The position numbers and the translations under genes were made by a program. The notes below the pieces were generated by a model. That model was not told the origin of the DNA. It did no database searches and was given only the letters and a program-made list of their open reading frames with translations. Positions 35,601 to 47,362 of a stretch of 64,000 bases of DNA are shown one piece after another. Origin of the DNA: Raillietiella orientalis (lineage: Eukaryota); the NCBI GenBank assembly GCA_036172245.1, contig JAYWIR010000004.1, positions 3,658,001 through 3,722,000 on the forward strand, read 5' to 3'. Within the stretch, counting starts at the first letter, position 1. Every line of letters begins with the position of its first letter.

Positions 35601-38600
35601 GGAGCATTGCACGCACGTCTGCTTGTTTTTCATAAATTATCGGACCGTTATTTAACTATTCGTCCAAAGCGTTAAGATTCTCTCTTTAATGTCTTTCACT
35701 GACGGGATGACAGATGTGCAACACACCATTGGTGATTCACATTTCTAGACGGGACCAGTGCGATTCTAAATCAGAACGTCTCACAGCGGAACTCCTAAAT
35801 CCATTTCGGATGAACTTTCGGAGCTCGAAGATTCGTATATTCGGCGAAGGTTCAGCAGCATCCTATCAGCAATTCAGCAAATTTCTTGCTTTTTTTTTTA
35901 ATCCACTTGCTGCCTCGGCGAAAGCTCATAACCCAAAACGGCGGAATTTCATGAAACAAACCAGTCCACCTCTTGCAACTTGACACCCTCCGCTGCACGA
36001 TGCGATGAGTCTCTGTACAACATCCTAAATGGCATCCTGGAGGAGGAGCAGCTCCAGCAGGAAGGAGGTTTCCCTCCGGAGAAGCTTCTGGGATCAGATG
36101 CTACTCTCGTGAAGCTCCCACGTGATTTCTACATTCCTGTCGTTTCGTTCCCTGGCGCCTCCACCCATCTCACCTCATTCCAGCAAGCAGCCAGAAGATA
36201 ACTTGGCTGCTATGCGCGCGGCTTCTTTTTCCGCAGTCGCACCTGCCTCCATCTATCCTTCTTGTTCTTAATTTTTCGCGTAAAAGAGGTCAACCTGCAC
36301 GCCAGACCACCTGCTCCTGTGAGGTCACCACAGGAATGGACCCCTCCGAAACAAGTTTGCAAGGAGAGCCTGGTGGGTGACACGGCACTAAATTTTCCCG
36401 CTAGGCTCGTTCAGGGGAAAAGTTCAAGGCCGTTTTCTTGAATGAGAAGTGTGTTGGCAAGTGTCGTTTGAGTTTCCCAAAGGAAAGGTGAAGACGAAAT
36501 CGGTCGGAGGAAGATGTGAACCGGTCCACATACGTTTTTACGAACGACGACTCACCCAGTGGTTTTTCCAGATGCCCGTCATTACTGCGGGTCCAAATGT
36601 CCTGGCTGGGTTCATGCTGGAACCCGTGAACCTGATCTGAAAATGGAAAAGAGCAAAGTGTAAACTGCAGGCTCAAAACGGAGTACGTTGCGACGCATCT
36701 TGCGACAGGAAGGACAGATCCCAAGTCTCCAGAGTAGTGCTCTCCTCCTCCCCATGTTGTCGGAGAGATGGACAATCTGAAGCAGTGTCCACCTCATTGG
36801 ATTTTGCTTATTTTTCGGCTCTCTTCGATCTGAATTGAATTCAGAGACTAAGAAATGAAATGAAAAGAAACCCATTTAAGAGTGGAAACTTCACTGGAAG
36901 CAGTCATCATGAAACATTCGAAGGGACTCAAGGGACTCCATAAGTAGATCGCTTGTCTGATAGATTCTAGATCACTTTTTCTTTAAGTATTGCTGCTAGA
37001 TGAATCGGTGCTTCTGGAGAAGTCTTCTTTATAGTCATGCCAAAAATTGGATCAAGCATAAGAAAGGAAAAGAAATAGAGAGTTGTTTCCAAAAACAGCA
37101 AGCGGTTCCAAGCTGGAATAATATTTAGGTCCAGTCTTCACTTCAAAAGTGGTTCAATGAGAGATCCTGGACAGAAATTAAGGGACTCCTGGAGTGGGGT
37201 CGTAGATCAACAGCCTAGTCGTCCTGAGAAGAGGAGCCGCGCCATCATACTGGAGACGTGCTGTCCACTCCAAGACACACCAGCAGCATTCGAGGAGGCT
37301 TACAGGGGGAAACAGGGCGAATATCGGACTGGGGCCGCGCACTCTCCCTCGCCCTCTCAGCAGCCCAAGCGCCAGTTCCTGCGAATGGTCGTCGGGTCAG
37401 TGGGAGCTCGGGATCCACAGAACCACGACGTCCTGAAGGGGATGGAAACCCCTTCAGCTCTGAGGGAACGGAGGCAGCACGTTGAATGGAGAGGTCTCGG
37501 ATCCTTCATCGACTTCATGCTCCGTCCATCTTCTGGCGCCCGTGCAGAGTTGCGAAAGTTTCTGTGTTCGCGGAGAAAACCCGCTGGTGTCATCCGCGAG
37601 GACCAAGTGTTGGAAGCGTGCACCAGCCCCATGACTGCCACAGTCATCCGAGTAGCGTTGCCCGATCGAAGTCGCTTCAATGACCCATCAGCGGTTCGGG
37701 CTTGCTACCGTGTGGATCGACGTACGTCTTTGAGGCGAGCTTGCGTCTACTGGCAGGATCAGCCAGCAAGACATCGATGCCGTCCAGCAGATGTCCACTG
37801 GGCACACCCTCCAGGTGACTCAGCTCGGACCTCCGTCGTCGAGTCTCCAGGTTAGACGCGGTTTAGACGCGCGCAACGGCAGAACGCAAGCGAGCCGTCT
37901 TGAGCGAATGGCGGCGACGTCGGAAGTCAAGAGGAAGGCTGCGATTACGAGCCACGGCGAGGCGCTCTCATGTCGCGAAGGAAGAAAGGAAAGAAGAAAG
38001 CCCAGTCCCTGCTTTCGAAAGCCTCATCACTCTGACAAAGACGATTCTGAGACTCTCCAGAAGGTGGGCAGCTGGACGGAACGGATCCGAAATACTGTGG
38101 AGGCTGCGGAAAATCTCTCCCTTGCGTCTCCTTCTCTCAGCAGCCGATCCGGATTGTTATCTAGATCGGCCACTGCTCGAGGTAAATTGCTGAACGAGGC
38201 TGCAATTCTCGAAGAACGGAAGCTGCGACTCAGAAGAGAAACCACAGGAGAAGGAGGGATCGCTTCAGAGTGAAAGTGCTCAACCACTCTTACGAAATCG
38301 GTGGTGCGAGTTCTTTTCCCTTCGAACCGTGCAAGTGAATCTGTAGAAAGTTCTGCGACACGTTGTTGCGCCGATTATTCTCTATGGAGTTCCGTTTTCA
38401 AAAGACTTCCTTCTTGTCCCCATCCTACTGGGTAGCCCTGCCACGGAAGAATGTCTGAAGCTTTCCGTCCACCCAGACAGATGTTTGCCTGCTTCCCTCT
38501 CTCCGGTGGCAACCTGGTACGTCAGAGAACATCAGATTCAGTCCAATGAGGAATTCGATGGGACGGGCTGAATCTTTCGCCGTAAGAAGTGACAAAAGAA

Positions 38601-41600
38601 CCACCCGTCTTGTTCATCAAGGTCCGAGTGGATTTCTTGCTTTCCCCATGCAAGCGATGCACGCGCAGATCTCAGGAATGCAGCTGTGAGCCCTCGCATC
38701 GCACGAGGGAGCGCACGGTGCGATACCTTCCGTTCCTGTGCGAAAGCAACCCGAGATTTCTACCTTGAGCCACAACCTCAAATCACGCCAAGAATCATGA
38801 GTCTTGAGCCTCCAGGCATCGAATTGCACGGATGGTTTTCCCGGTTGACGCCAGTGAGCACGAGCTAGAACCGCCCCGTCCGGTTCAAAGAACGCTACGC
38901 TTTTGGAAGACTCGTGGGGACCCTGCCCATCCGAGCTGTTGAAGTGTCATCATCGTCGATCGCACTTACCGCTGCAAGGTGTCCAGCAGTGACGGATAGA
39001 CCAATAGCCAGCGGTATGGACCCTTTGATGTCGTTCCGATTCTCATCGCAAGCTCCGAACACGACGAATACGAGGAGGAATGTGATGAAAAATTCCACCC
39101 CAAATCCTTGGATAGGGGTTATGCTGGGATCGATCGTCGTCATCCCCAACGATCCATGAAGGCTGCTGGGAGTCACGGCCTGGAAACCATCGCTCGTGAT
39201 AGGAGGCAGAAACAGAGGCAGGAGGAGGAGGAGGAGGAAGAGGAAGCAGGGATCTCTTTCCCTTAGGGATGACCGCTCGAACAACGCTACTGTGTTTGGT
39301 TCGGGCGTCCAGTGATATTGGGAAGGAGGAACGGGCCATCGACAAAACAGGACAAGAGGGAACGGAGAGAGGTGGAGCTCCTTCAGTGTGGAGCTCTGTT
39401 TGTCCGAGGCGTGCCGAGGAGAACGTGGAACGGGAAAGGAGGGGGTTCACTGAAACGGGAACCCCACTTTGGCGTCTGCTTCCAACAGGAAACCACACCA
39501 GCAACGTTGTTTCGCAAGCCTCGTGCGCTTCGCGTCCCAAAGATCGGATCGCTGCCCAGGTGGCGTGGATGTAGAGCTGCGTCTTCATGGGGGACGTGGG
39601 CCTGCGTTCTCGGCTGCTGAGGAACCTCTTCCGTTCTCTCGCGACGTGCTCCCGCGAGAATTTCGTGCTCGCCGCTGCTGCCCCTTCTGCGTTGCTTCCC
39701 CTCTTCCAGACGGCTGTGCGCGTGAGTGCGTCTCGTCTGTCCTGATGAAGATCCTCATCCAGCGCCGCTGGAAACTCTCGGGCCGAAGCCCACTTCCATC
39801 CATCTTCCCAGGATCTCTAATGGCTTCGGCAATAGGCTTCTTCCCAAAAACATCCTTCAAGTGCTGAGATGAGCTTTCGTCTTGTCCCTCCTTTTGCCCT
39901 TGCCGCTCAGGGACTCTTCCTTCCCGCTGTCTTTGCCTGAGACCCCCGAAAAACCGGGTCGACAGAGAGGCAAGGGTTCTAACCCTGCTTTTCCACCCTC
40001 TTCCTCTCCCGTGGCCTGTTTCTTCCTCTCCGTACTATTCCCGAACTCCGTGCGGCCTAAGCCGGGAAGTTCCCTGCATGGAGCAGATTGCAGCAGACTG
40101 GTGATCCTTGCAAGAGCTTTGCGCCTGTAGACGGCTTCCTCGGGAACCGCTTGCTTCCTTGGCTGTTATTCCCTTCTAGTGGTGATGGTGCGCGCGAACC
40201 GCCGAAGAGGGAGCTCGAGGGAAGAAGACGGGCAATTAAGGACGCGGATTCCCTTTCACTCCTGGGTTGATTAGGGGAGCAGGTGCTCGGTAACCGCCAG
40301 AAGGCAAAGAGACGCCCGCTTCTCCCACCTCCTCCCTTCCTCATTTTCGCGACCAGGGGTCCCGGTCACGCGCTAAAAGTGCGGAGAGGTGCAGATGCTC
40401 CGTAGCTCCTCGCGAGTTGTGTGCCATCTAAATGGGAAATGGAGAAAGAAGAGGGAGGGAGGGAACTCGTGTTCGGAATGTGCGCCAGGAGTGGTGAGGA
40501 AGAGATGCGCGTCGTTCGGCTCGGTTCCGGAGGAGATGAGATGTCCAGCTCCCAGGATATCTAAGCGCTCGTTCCTCTCCATCTCACAGAAGGGACCTCC
40601 GAGCCGGATGCCCTTCAGTCGGCATCCGAGACCGACGGATTTTCAGAGGAGGCACTGCCAGTTTCGTCGCGCCGCGGTACCGCCGGATCACCTAGACGGA
40701 AGGAGTAGAGACCGTACGCGATCCAGGAAGACCCCAACAGGGAAGCTTTGAGCACCCAACGGGACCGTCCCACGAAGCTCAATGAGGAGAGGACTGGGAG
40801 GAGAAAGTCAGTCCGGAAGAGATGTCCTGGGGGAGAGAGATTCCTGGAGCTCGTCCCGCATCGGCCGGCGGAGCGAACATATTCTTCTTAGGATCCCGAG
40901 ACTGCAGAGAGGAAGTGTGACTCACATCTGGGATCACACTGACCGCGATTGGTCAAGAAAATAGTGGTCTGCTCCTCCGCCTTCCTCCTCAATTTCCCCC
41001 TCTTTCTCCGCATGAGAAGTCAATCAGCCCTTGTGTTCGTAGGCGAGCGTCTGGGGTCCAAGGGAGGAAGAGATGATGGTCAAAACAGGAAGAAGAGGAG
41101 GGGAGACCTAGAATATGCTTCATCCTCGAAAGAGGTTCCTTCCTTCGGACACGACGCAGGAAAGTCCTCCACCGCACTATCCGGTTCTCCTTCTTCCTTT
41201 TTCAAAGCTCCCAGACTTCGAGGCTCCCAGATCGAGCGGAACTTCTCGGAGATGTCAGGGAAATCGGCCTTCCTGGGACATTCGGGATTCGTGCCCCCGG
41301 TTGTGTCGGAGGTCGAAGGAGAGAGGAGTATGGATCAGGGTCGAGGAACGCGGTGGGCATCGCTACGAGGCATGCTCGAGGCGGAGGAAGGCCGCCTTCC
41401 TTCAGCATTGGCCGTTCCTTACTCCAGCATGTGAGGAGATGGGGAAGAAGAAAAGATGCAGGGAACAGAAGCTCTCCTGAGGCTTCAGGAGGGGTTTCGA
41501 TCGCTCACTGGGCGCGCACCCTACCTTGAGGACAGCGGAACCGGCGATCGCTCCGGAGCATTGAGCCACCACGAAGAGGAAGCCCTGGATTAGGTTGGTC

Positions 41601-44600
41601 TTCCCTGTGATCAGCATACCGATGGTCACCGCCGGGTTGATGTGGCATCCGCTGACGTGGCCTATCACCTAGAAGAGAGAAGACCTTGTGACATGCTTGG
41701 CGCAAAAAGCGAAAAGCGGGTGGTTTTTGCAGCAGTGGTGGAGGTGCCTCAAGTCTCCTCGTACCTGTCGTATGGCTTTGACGCAGAGGGAAAAAAGGAA
41801 GAGTGGACAAGCATCTCTGGGGCACTTCCAGCGACCTGCTCGTAGACTGTGTTGCCCTCTGTTCCCTTTGGTTGCGTTACGCAATGGCCCTTGATGCACG
41901 GATGGACAATCCCAGGGGCGTGATAAAGCGTCTCTCCGTGCGCGATACCCTCTCGCCTGCCGCATTCCTAGCAGCTCTTTGCTGCTGCCTACGCAGGATT
42001 GCGGTGGCCTGAAGCTAAGCGAGAGGAGGACTACACAATAGGGACTCCATTCTGCTCCGTCCTGGGCTTCCTGCGGACGGCAGCAAGATAGCCTCACCTG
42101 GGGCACACTCGGGTGGAACTTGCCGGCATCCCGGAAAGGATGCAGAGGACGCCGTCCAGCGGACAGCGATCCCTTCCCGTGCCCCTCAGATTTTTTTTCA
42201 TTGATATTTTATCTTATTTTTATTTTTGTTTGCCTCTTCTCCCCCCCCCCCCTTTCTCCGCTGTCAAGACGAACATTACCGGCCTGCATGCCGGTTACTC
42301 GGCAGGTTCCAAGCATTTTTGGACAATTTAGGGCCGATGGTCCTACACATGTATGTTTATTAGTTTTATGATAAACGCCCCGGAGCTACCAAGTGTTAAA
42401 CCCAGCGACAGCTCCTCAGAAGGCGACTGGGGACGCCGCGTCAGCCCACCTGCCGTCACTCTCCCATCGCCCACGCTCAGCTTGCCTCTGCCCGGTTCAG
42501 CAACCGCGTTTCGAGGGCAGTGGTTGGAGAAAGAGGAAGGGGGAGAGGATAAAGAAGGAAGGAGGAATATTCCCAACCTCACCAAGTTGATAAGGCTGTC
42601 TGCGTTTAGGGAGATGCTTATCCCGATGCTGCTTCCGAGAGATGCATCTGAAGAAGCGGCGGGGCTGCGTTCAGTGAAGCCTTCCCCTTCCTAGAACTCG
42701 GAAGAGAAGAGTAGTAGTGGCCAGCGCTCCCCCGAGTGCATTGCGCCTGATTCTGCGACGAGTACACGGCTCTGCAGAAGTAGGCAAACTCTTTCTTGCC
42801 CTCCGCATCGAGGCCGCGGGTCTACAAAGACTCACACGCAGACTTCTCGGCAACCTCTCGCCTCGTAATGAGAGCCCCGCCCGAGGACGTGTGCCAGTGT
42901 CGCCCCAGAGGCTACTCCGAGGCAGCGGCGTTCGTGACAAGTGCGACGTTTCTCCCTTCGCCGACGCGCTTAGGAATTTCAAAGCTTGCGAACAGGTCTC
43001 CTTCCGCTTCCTCCCCGAGGCGTGACGTGAAAATCGAGTGGATGCCCAGCCGCCTTCGGGAGCCAGATGATCACATGCGGGACGGCATCCGCGGTCGGAA
43101 GCGCAAGACTCTCTAGGGCGCGCGCGCGCGAACCGTCGCTCGTTCCCTCTCTGGATGCGCTCGTGGTCCCTAGGAAGACACCCTTTTCGCAGAAGAGTGT
43201 CTTCGGCACGATCTCGACCGCGGCGGGTCTCGAGAAGCCATCGATCACTCGCCTTGTCTGTCACTCCGAGTCATTAGCCACGAGTCTTCAGCTGCTTGTT
43301 ACCGGCGGCGCTCGATCGCCTTGCTGGTTCCGGATCGGCGATCGCTGGAAGCAACTCAAGCGACCTGGACTCGTCCTTTCGGGTATGCACGAGTGCGACG
43401 GATCAGGGAACGCATCACGGATCGAGGATCCCAAGACTCTGTAGCGTGGTCGCTGCTGCTGCGCCGGAGGGAGAGGCAGGGGAGGTGGAAGAAGTGGAAA
43501 AACAGGGAGGACAGGGAAAACTCCCTTGAGACAGGCGATCGGAGGATATGCCTGGAGGCATTTTCCGGGATTCTTCCACTTTTTCGCAGCCACTTCTCAC
43601 TACTTTCTCCATCGGCGCTTGCTGGGTGGTGGCGGGAAAGACCACGCCACGCTCCGGATGCGATCTCAAGTAGCCCTGTTCCGGCTCTGTAAGATAGCAT
43701 CCTAGGCGGAAGTGCATCTCTACGATCCCGGGCGGAATGACCCAGAGTCTTTTTTGCTTGAACGTTCGCAGATTCGTCTTCTCAAGGGAGCAGCACTGGA
43801 AGACCCCGCCGAAATTTCCCGCCAAAACTCTGTGCCATGGCTGAGGCTTCGCCGTGTTAATTCTGCCTCTGCATAGCTGCCACTCGAGACTTCGTGCATG
43901 GGAGGGGGGAAGAGGAAAGGGAGGGGGGGGAACAGGCAATGTGAATGAAGATGCCCATCTTGCAGAACGTACGTGTTTCCATCGCGAGAAGAAAACGCCT
44001 CCAAGGCGTTAAAGGTGCTTCTTCCTTGCCATCCAGCAAGACTTCTGTTCCTCTAAATAAAGAAACAAGGAACAGTGTGCTCCCAGGAACGGAACCCAAA
44101 ATGCGAAACCGAGGAGGAAGCGCAAGGGATTCTTCTCCAGCAGCTCGCTGATGCTGATCGAGGACATAGCTAGCGGGCACGAATCGCACATCCGCATGTC
44201 GGCAGCGCAGAGTCGCGCTTGCCTGATCTTGACCGCGATGGGTCCCAAGGAGCCATCAATCACGCGGTTTTGTCGGTCACTCCGAGTCATTAGCCACGAG
44301 TCTTCAGCCGCTTGTTACCGGCGGCGCTTGCTTGCCTTGCTGGTCTCGGATCGGCGATCGCTGGAAGCGACCCAAGCGGTCCGGACTCCTCATGTCTTTC
44401 GATTATTCACGAATACGACGGATCGCTCGCGCTCATCCCTGACGATAACGACGACACTCGCTTCCCTGCAAGCGGCTCGACTGCTGGGGAAGCAGGGAAC
44501 GTACTTCCGCTCGTAGATCAAACCCCCGTCGCACTGCCAGCACTTCTACGGGACTCGCAATGCGGACCCCTTGGATGGCTAGGGACACACAGAGGAAGTG

Positions 44601-44922
44601 CGGCAGCCAAATCTTGGAAGGATCTGGACTGCTGCAGTCGCCCATCGCGGCAGGCACGGGAGAGAGAGAAGGGAGGGAGGGAAAAGACAATAGGAGGGAT
44701 GCTGCTTACCTGTGCAATGGAGGCCACGATCAAGCCGAAGCAAAGGGAAATCTGCGTTTTCGTAGGGGGGTCCCCTTCGGTACTCAGACAAGAGAAACTT
44801 CCGAGAAGAACGAGCAGGAAGGTGCCCACGAATTCCGCGAGCACGGCTCTCCAGAGCTTTCGATTCTTTTGTGACACTTCCTTGTATCCTAAAAATATCC
44901 GGAAGCAGTCCAGCTTTCCCAT
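29258..44922 (-). CDS. AQP: Aquaporin (MIP family; classical water-selective Drip/Prip/AQP4-like), 4 shared exons plus two alternative terminal exons, 267 or 268 aa
   Basis: Minus-strand exons 44922-44710, 41668-41525, 39179-38970, 36636-36556, then 34844-34689 or 29416-29258, all phase-0 GT-AG junctions. Motifs [46 protein letters not shown]. Two NPA boxes; ar/R residues F, H, S, R. Confidence 0.95.
31417..31700. repeat. Degenerate ~39-40-bp tandem repeat (about 7 units); part is homologous to 62075-62184
   Basis: Recurrent GAACCCNGAAG/AGG core near 31444, 31484, 31527, 31563, 31604, 31645 and 31683. Blocks AGTCCGTTCC, TGGTTGTCTCCC and CTTCCTTATTC are shared with 62075-62184. Confidence 0.6.
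33814..34199 (+). mobile_element. 5'-truncated retroposed insertion (~360 bp) with A19 tail and 13-bp target-site duplication
   Basis: TGCAGCCATTCTG at 33814-33826 and again at 34187-34199, directly after A19 (34168-34186). Confidence 0.7.
34689..34844 (-). CDS. AQP: Aquaporin terminal exon 5a (proximal): TM6 plus tail ending ...FDEKGFP*
   Basis: tatttctag|[51 protein letters not shown]; phase 0, compatible with the exon 4 donor. Confidence 0.88.
   Translation of the reverse strand: MYWFGPLLGGTVAAALYTIIFSNRFQPYKSCEDDMAGTNNAEEPFDEKGFP
35119..35138. repeat. (TG)n microsatellite
   Basis: tgtgtgtgtgtgtgcgtgtg. Confidence 0.8.
36556..36636 (-). CDS. AQP: Aquaporin exon 4 (second NPA loop)
   Basis: ccattttcag|[27 protein letters not shown]|gtgagt; 81 nt, not shown in this frame by the ORF track. 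Confidence 0.93.
37157..38330 (+). mobile_element. Decayed LINE ORF1 (Tx1-like, zinc knuckle) inside aquaporin intron 3
   Basis: [14 protein letters not shown]...TGHTLQ near 37740-37815 resembles the YxGQPxxCxxCxxxGH knuckle of Tx1/L1 ORF1, followed by a low-complexity S/R/E-rich tail. Frameshifted. Confidence 0.4.
38970..39179 (-). CDS. AQP: Aquaporin exon 3 (TM4-TM5)
   Basis: tttccag|[70 protein letters not shown]|gtaagt. Confidence 0.93.
41525..41668 (-). CDS. AQP: Aquaporin exon 2 (first NPA loop, TM3)
   Basis: tctctcttctag|[48 protein letters not shown]|gtaggg. Confidence 0.93.
43210..44424. repeat. Pair of ~195-bp diverged direct repeats (43210-43404 and 44225-44424) in aquaporin intron 1
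   Basis: Identical core GTCACTCCGAGTCATTAGCCACGAGTCTTCAGC, then GCTTGTTACCGGCGGCGCT and CGGATCGGCGATCGCTGGAAGC in both copies. Confidence 0.9.
44710..44922 (-). CDS. AQP: Aquaporin exon 1 (N-terminus, TM1-TM2)
   Basis: [41 protein letters not shown]...[14 protein letters not shown] followed by gtaagc donor. Start ATG is inferred; an upstream exon cannot be excluded. Confidence 0.9.
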
Positions 44923-47314
44923 GTCCGCGATTTGTTTCTCCGATGCCAAAGTTCGAATCGCTAAAGCACCGAATTGCCGGAACCGGAGGAATCGGGAATC
45001 TGCTCACAAGCAAGCATCATTAGCATGCGGCGGGAACAAATCACGGAGTAAGCGGCATGAAGGTTACACCTTAGCAAAGTCTCTCTGCGTAACCCGCAAA
45101 CCGTTCGCGCTCGTGATCGCGATATCTTTGTTGCTCGGATACGGAATGCACTTGTGTGATTCCAGCATGCGGGCATTTTGAATGGAGCTCTGGGTTCCTC
45201 TTTTTTTTTTTTTTTTTTTTTTGCTGAAGCTCACGATAATGCAAAGTATGTGGAGTTTGGATAATGGCTGAGTTCTGCGTAAACACTTTTATCTTTCAAA
45301 TGTCTTTGTTTGTACGTGAGCACCTCATGTGACTTATCACATGTGTGCTGTATGTTGTTTTGCTGATGAAAATTTAAGGAAAAAAAATTGCGAAACTAAC
45401 CATATTCCTTTTTTCTCATGGCTTTATCCACGAGCGTTTCTCTTCCTCCGTTTCGTGGGTGCCTTCACATGGAAGATACACACAAGATAATTCTAGGATT
45501 GTGATCGGAATCGGAATTTAGCAGCCATCATGCCACTCCTATTAGCAAACGACGATCGTTCATGTTTTTAGATGGTACACTTTTTCTAAAACGAGTGGCA
45601 GGCATCTTCGGCAGGCAAGGAGGTTTTTGCACAGTCAGCAGTTACGCTTAAGAATGCCGAATGAAGACGAGAATTTCACCTTCATGAGAAAAGTGCAAAA
45701 CATCGTACACCGAAGCTCTGCTTCCCTACCACCTTTTCGCGCAAGCTCCACTGATATAGTTGGCAAATCAAGCTGCAGATTATTTGGATGCAGCAGACAC
45801 ACAGAAAATTCGTTATCATCTCGCCGATTCGAGGATGCTTTTGGTCTTCAAGTCTCTCGAAGCGGAGAGAGATCCAAAAAACTCTCTATTTGCATATTAC
45901 AACGTTTTCTTTCAAATGATCAAAATGCCCAGTACCCAGATGAATAATCCTGATGCTCTCGTAATTGACGGCGGTGAATGTTCAAATGTTTCTTTTATAC
46001 AACAAGAAAAATGAAATGTTTGCCGTGTCCTCCTTGTGCTGACTCATAGTTTTCATGATAGCAACTCGTTCACAAAGAACAGGAAGGGAAATAATCGTCT
46101 ATTTGAAAGTTATAGAATACAGTTCGCTGAAACCCCTGCTATTTTCTCCAAGGAAGGCATCACTCACAATGAGGATACATAAAAATTTGCCTTCTATGCA
46201 TGAATGTTTGGTGACTAAAGGGAATGGAGACAACGGAGAAATTTTTTTGCAATTAAGGAATTCGTTGTGATCTTCAAACTGAGGCAAGAACACGAAAAAC
46301 ATCAGATGCAGCTATATTTGAGGCAACTGAATTTCGGTGTAAGATTCGGAAATAAGTGATGTCGTTTTGTCAACGAAAACGCTTTGCACTTTGTTCGAAA
46401 CGCCGGGTTCCATGTACCATGAGTGGTCCTAGAGCAAGAAAAAAGTAACAGACATTTAATGATACCATTCTGACAACGCAACTGTAATGAGTAAAAGGAT
46501 GCAAAAGGATAGTGAAGTCTTTTAGATCGTAAGCGGATAACCTTCTGATATAATAAAGTGCTTACAATGAAATATGAATAAGAAAAACTGGTCACCATCA
46601 GTTTATCACATGAGTATTACATATCGTCTCACCTTGAAACTGATCATCACTCATACTAATTAAGCCGTACCATTGTCTGTCAGATTTGATTACTTAGATT
46701 TTGCATTCTTTATTGTGAATACGCTGAAGCGTTTCCTCTATTTCACTTTTCGCTATTTGTCAGTTCTTTTTTAATCAAGTTGTGGATTATCTCCCATATG
46801 ACATTTGATATGGTGTTCGATTTCCAAATCTTATACACTCGAAGTGAGTAGTCTTGAGAGTGTGTGACTATTCAGAAGATGAAGAAAAGCGTTGTGCCCA
46901 GGCGGAACAGTCATTCAATTCGAGCTTTCCTATAGTCTCAAAAAAATCAGAGGAATCGAAAAAAAAAAAAATCTCTTAGAATACAATCCTCTTGATTTGT
47001 TTAAATTGCTTACGAAAACCTTAAATTTAAACCGAAAGATAGCCTGTAGATAGGCGTATTTTTGCACTTCTAATGAAGAATTCAGTATTTCACGGGATCC
47101 ATAGTCACAATCTATCGTAATTGCCAGTTTCCTTTCGTGGATGTATGCGAAACCAGATGTGCTTTTTGATGAACACTTGAAGAGTCACTGTGCCCCTATC
47201 ATAACTGGAACTTTTTCCCCGAAAACACTGATCCCTGTGAGAACATTTCTGGTAAGCTGACTAGTAATCAAGGTTAAACAAGAAACTGCTGTTTGTTTGG
47301 TATTTTTACGTCAA

Positions 47315-47362
47315 AACACACACACACACACACAAACACACATACACACACACATACACATA
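47315..47362. repeat. Imperfect (AC)n microsatellite
   Basis: acacacacacacacacacaaacacacatacacacacacatacacatac. Confidence 0.85.

Noticed and set aside
43240..43300. CUGAAGA and CUAAUGA on the minus strand of the intron-1 repeat core, resembling a hammerhead ribozyme
   Set aside because: No GAAA after a closed stem II in either copy, and I could not build stems I/III.
39269..45181. Dense overlapping ORFs of 100-290 aa in all six frames (e.g. 44312-45181 +, 42671-43264 -)
   Set aside because: Expected from stop-codon scarcity in GC-rich intron/TE DNA. R/S/P-rich translations with no domain motifs; 44312-45181 is merely antisense to aquaporin exon 1.
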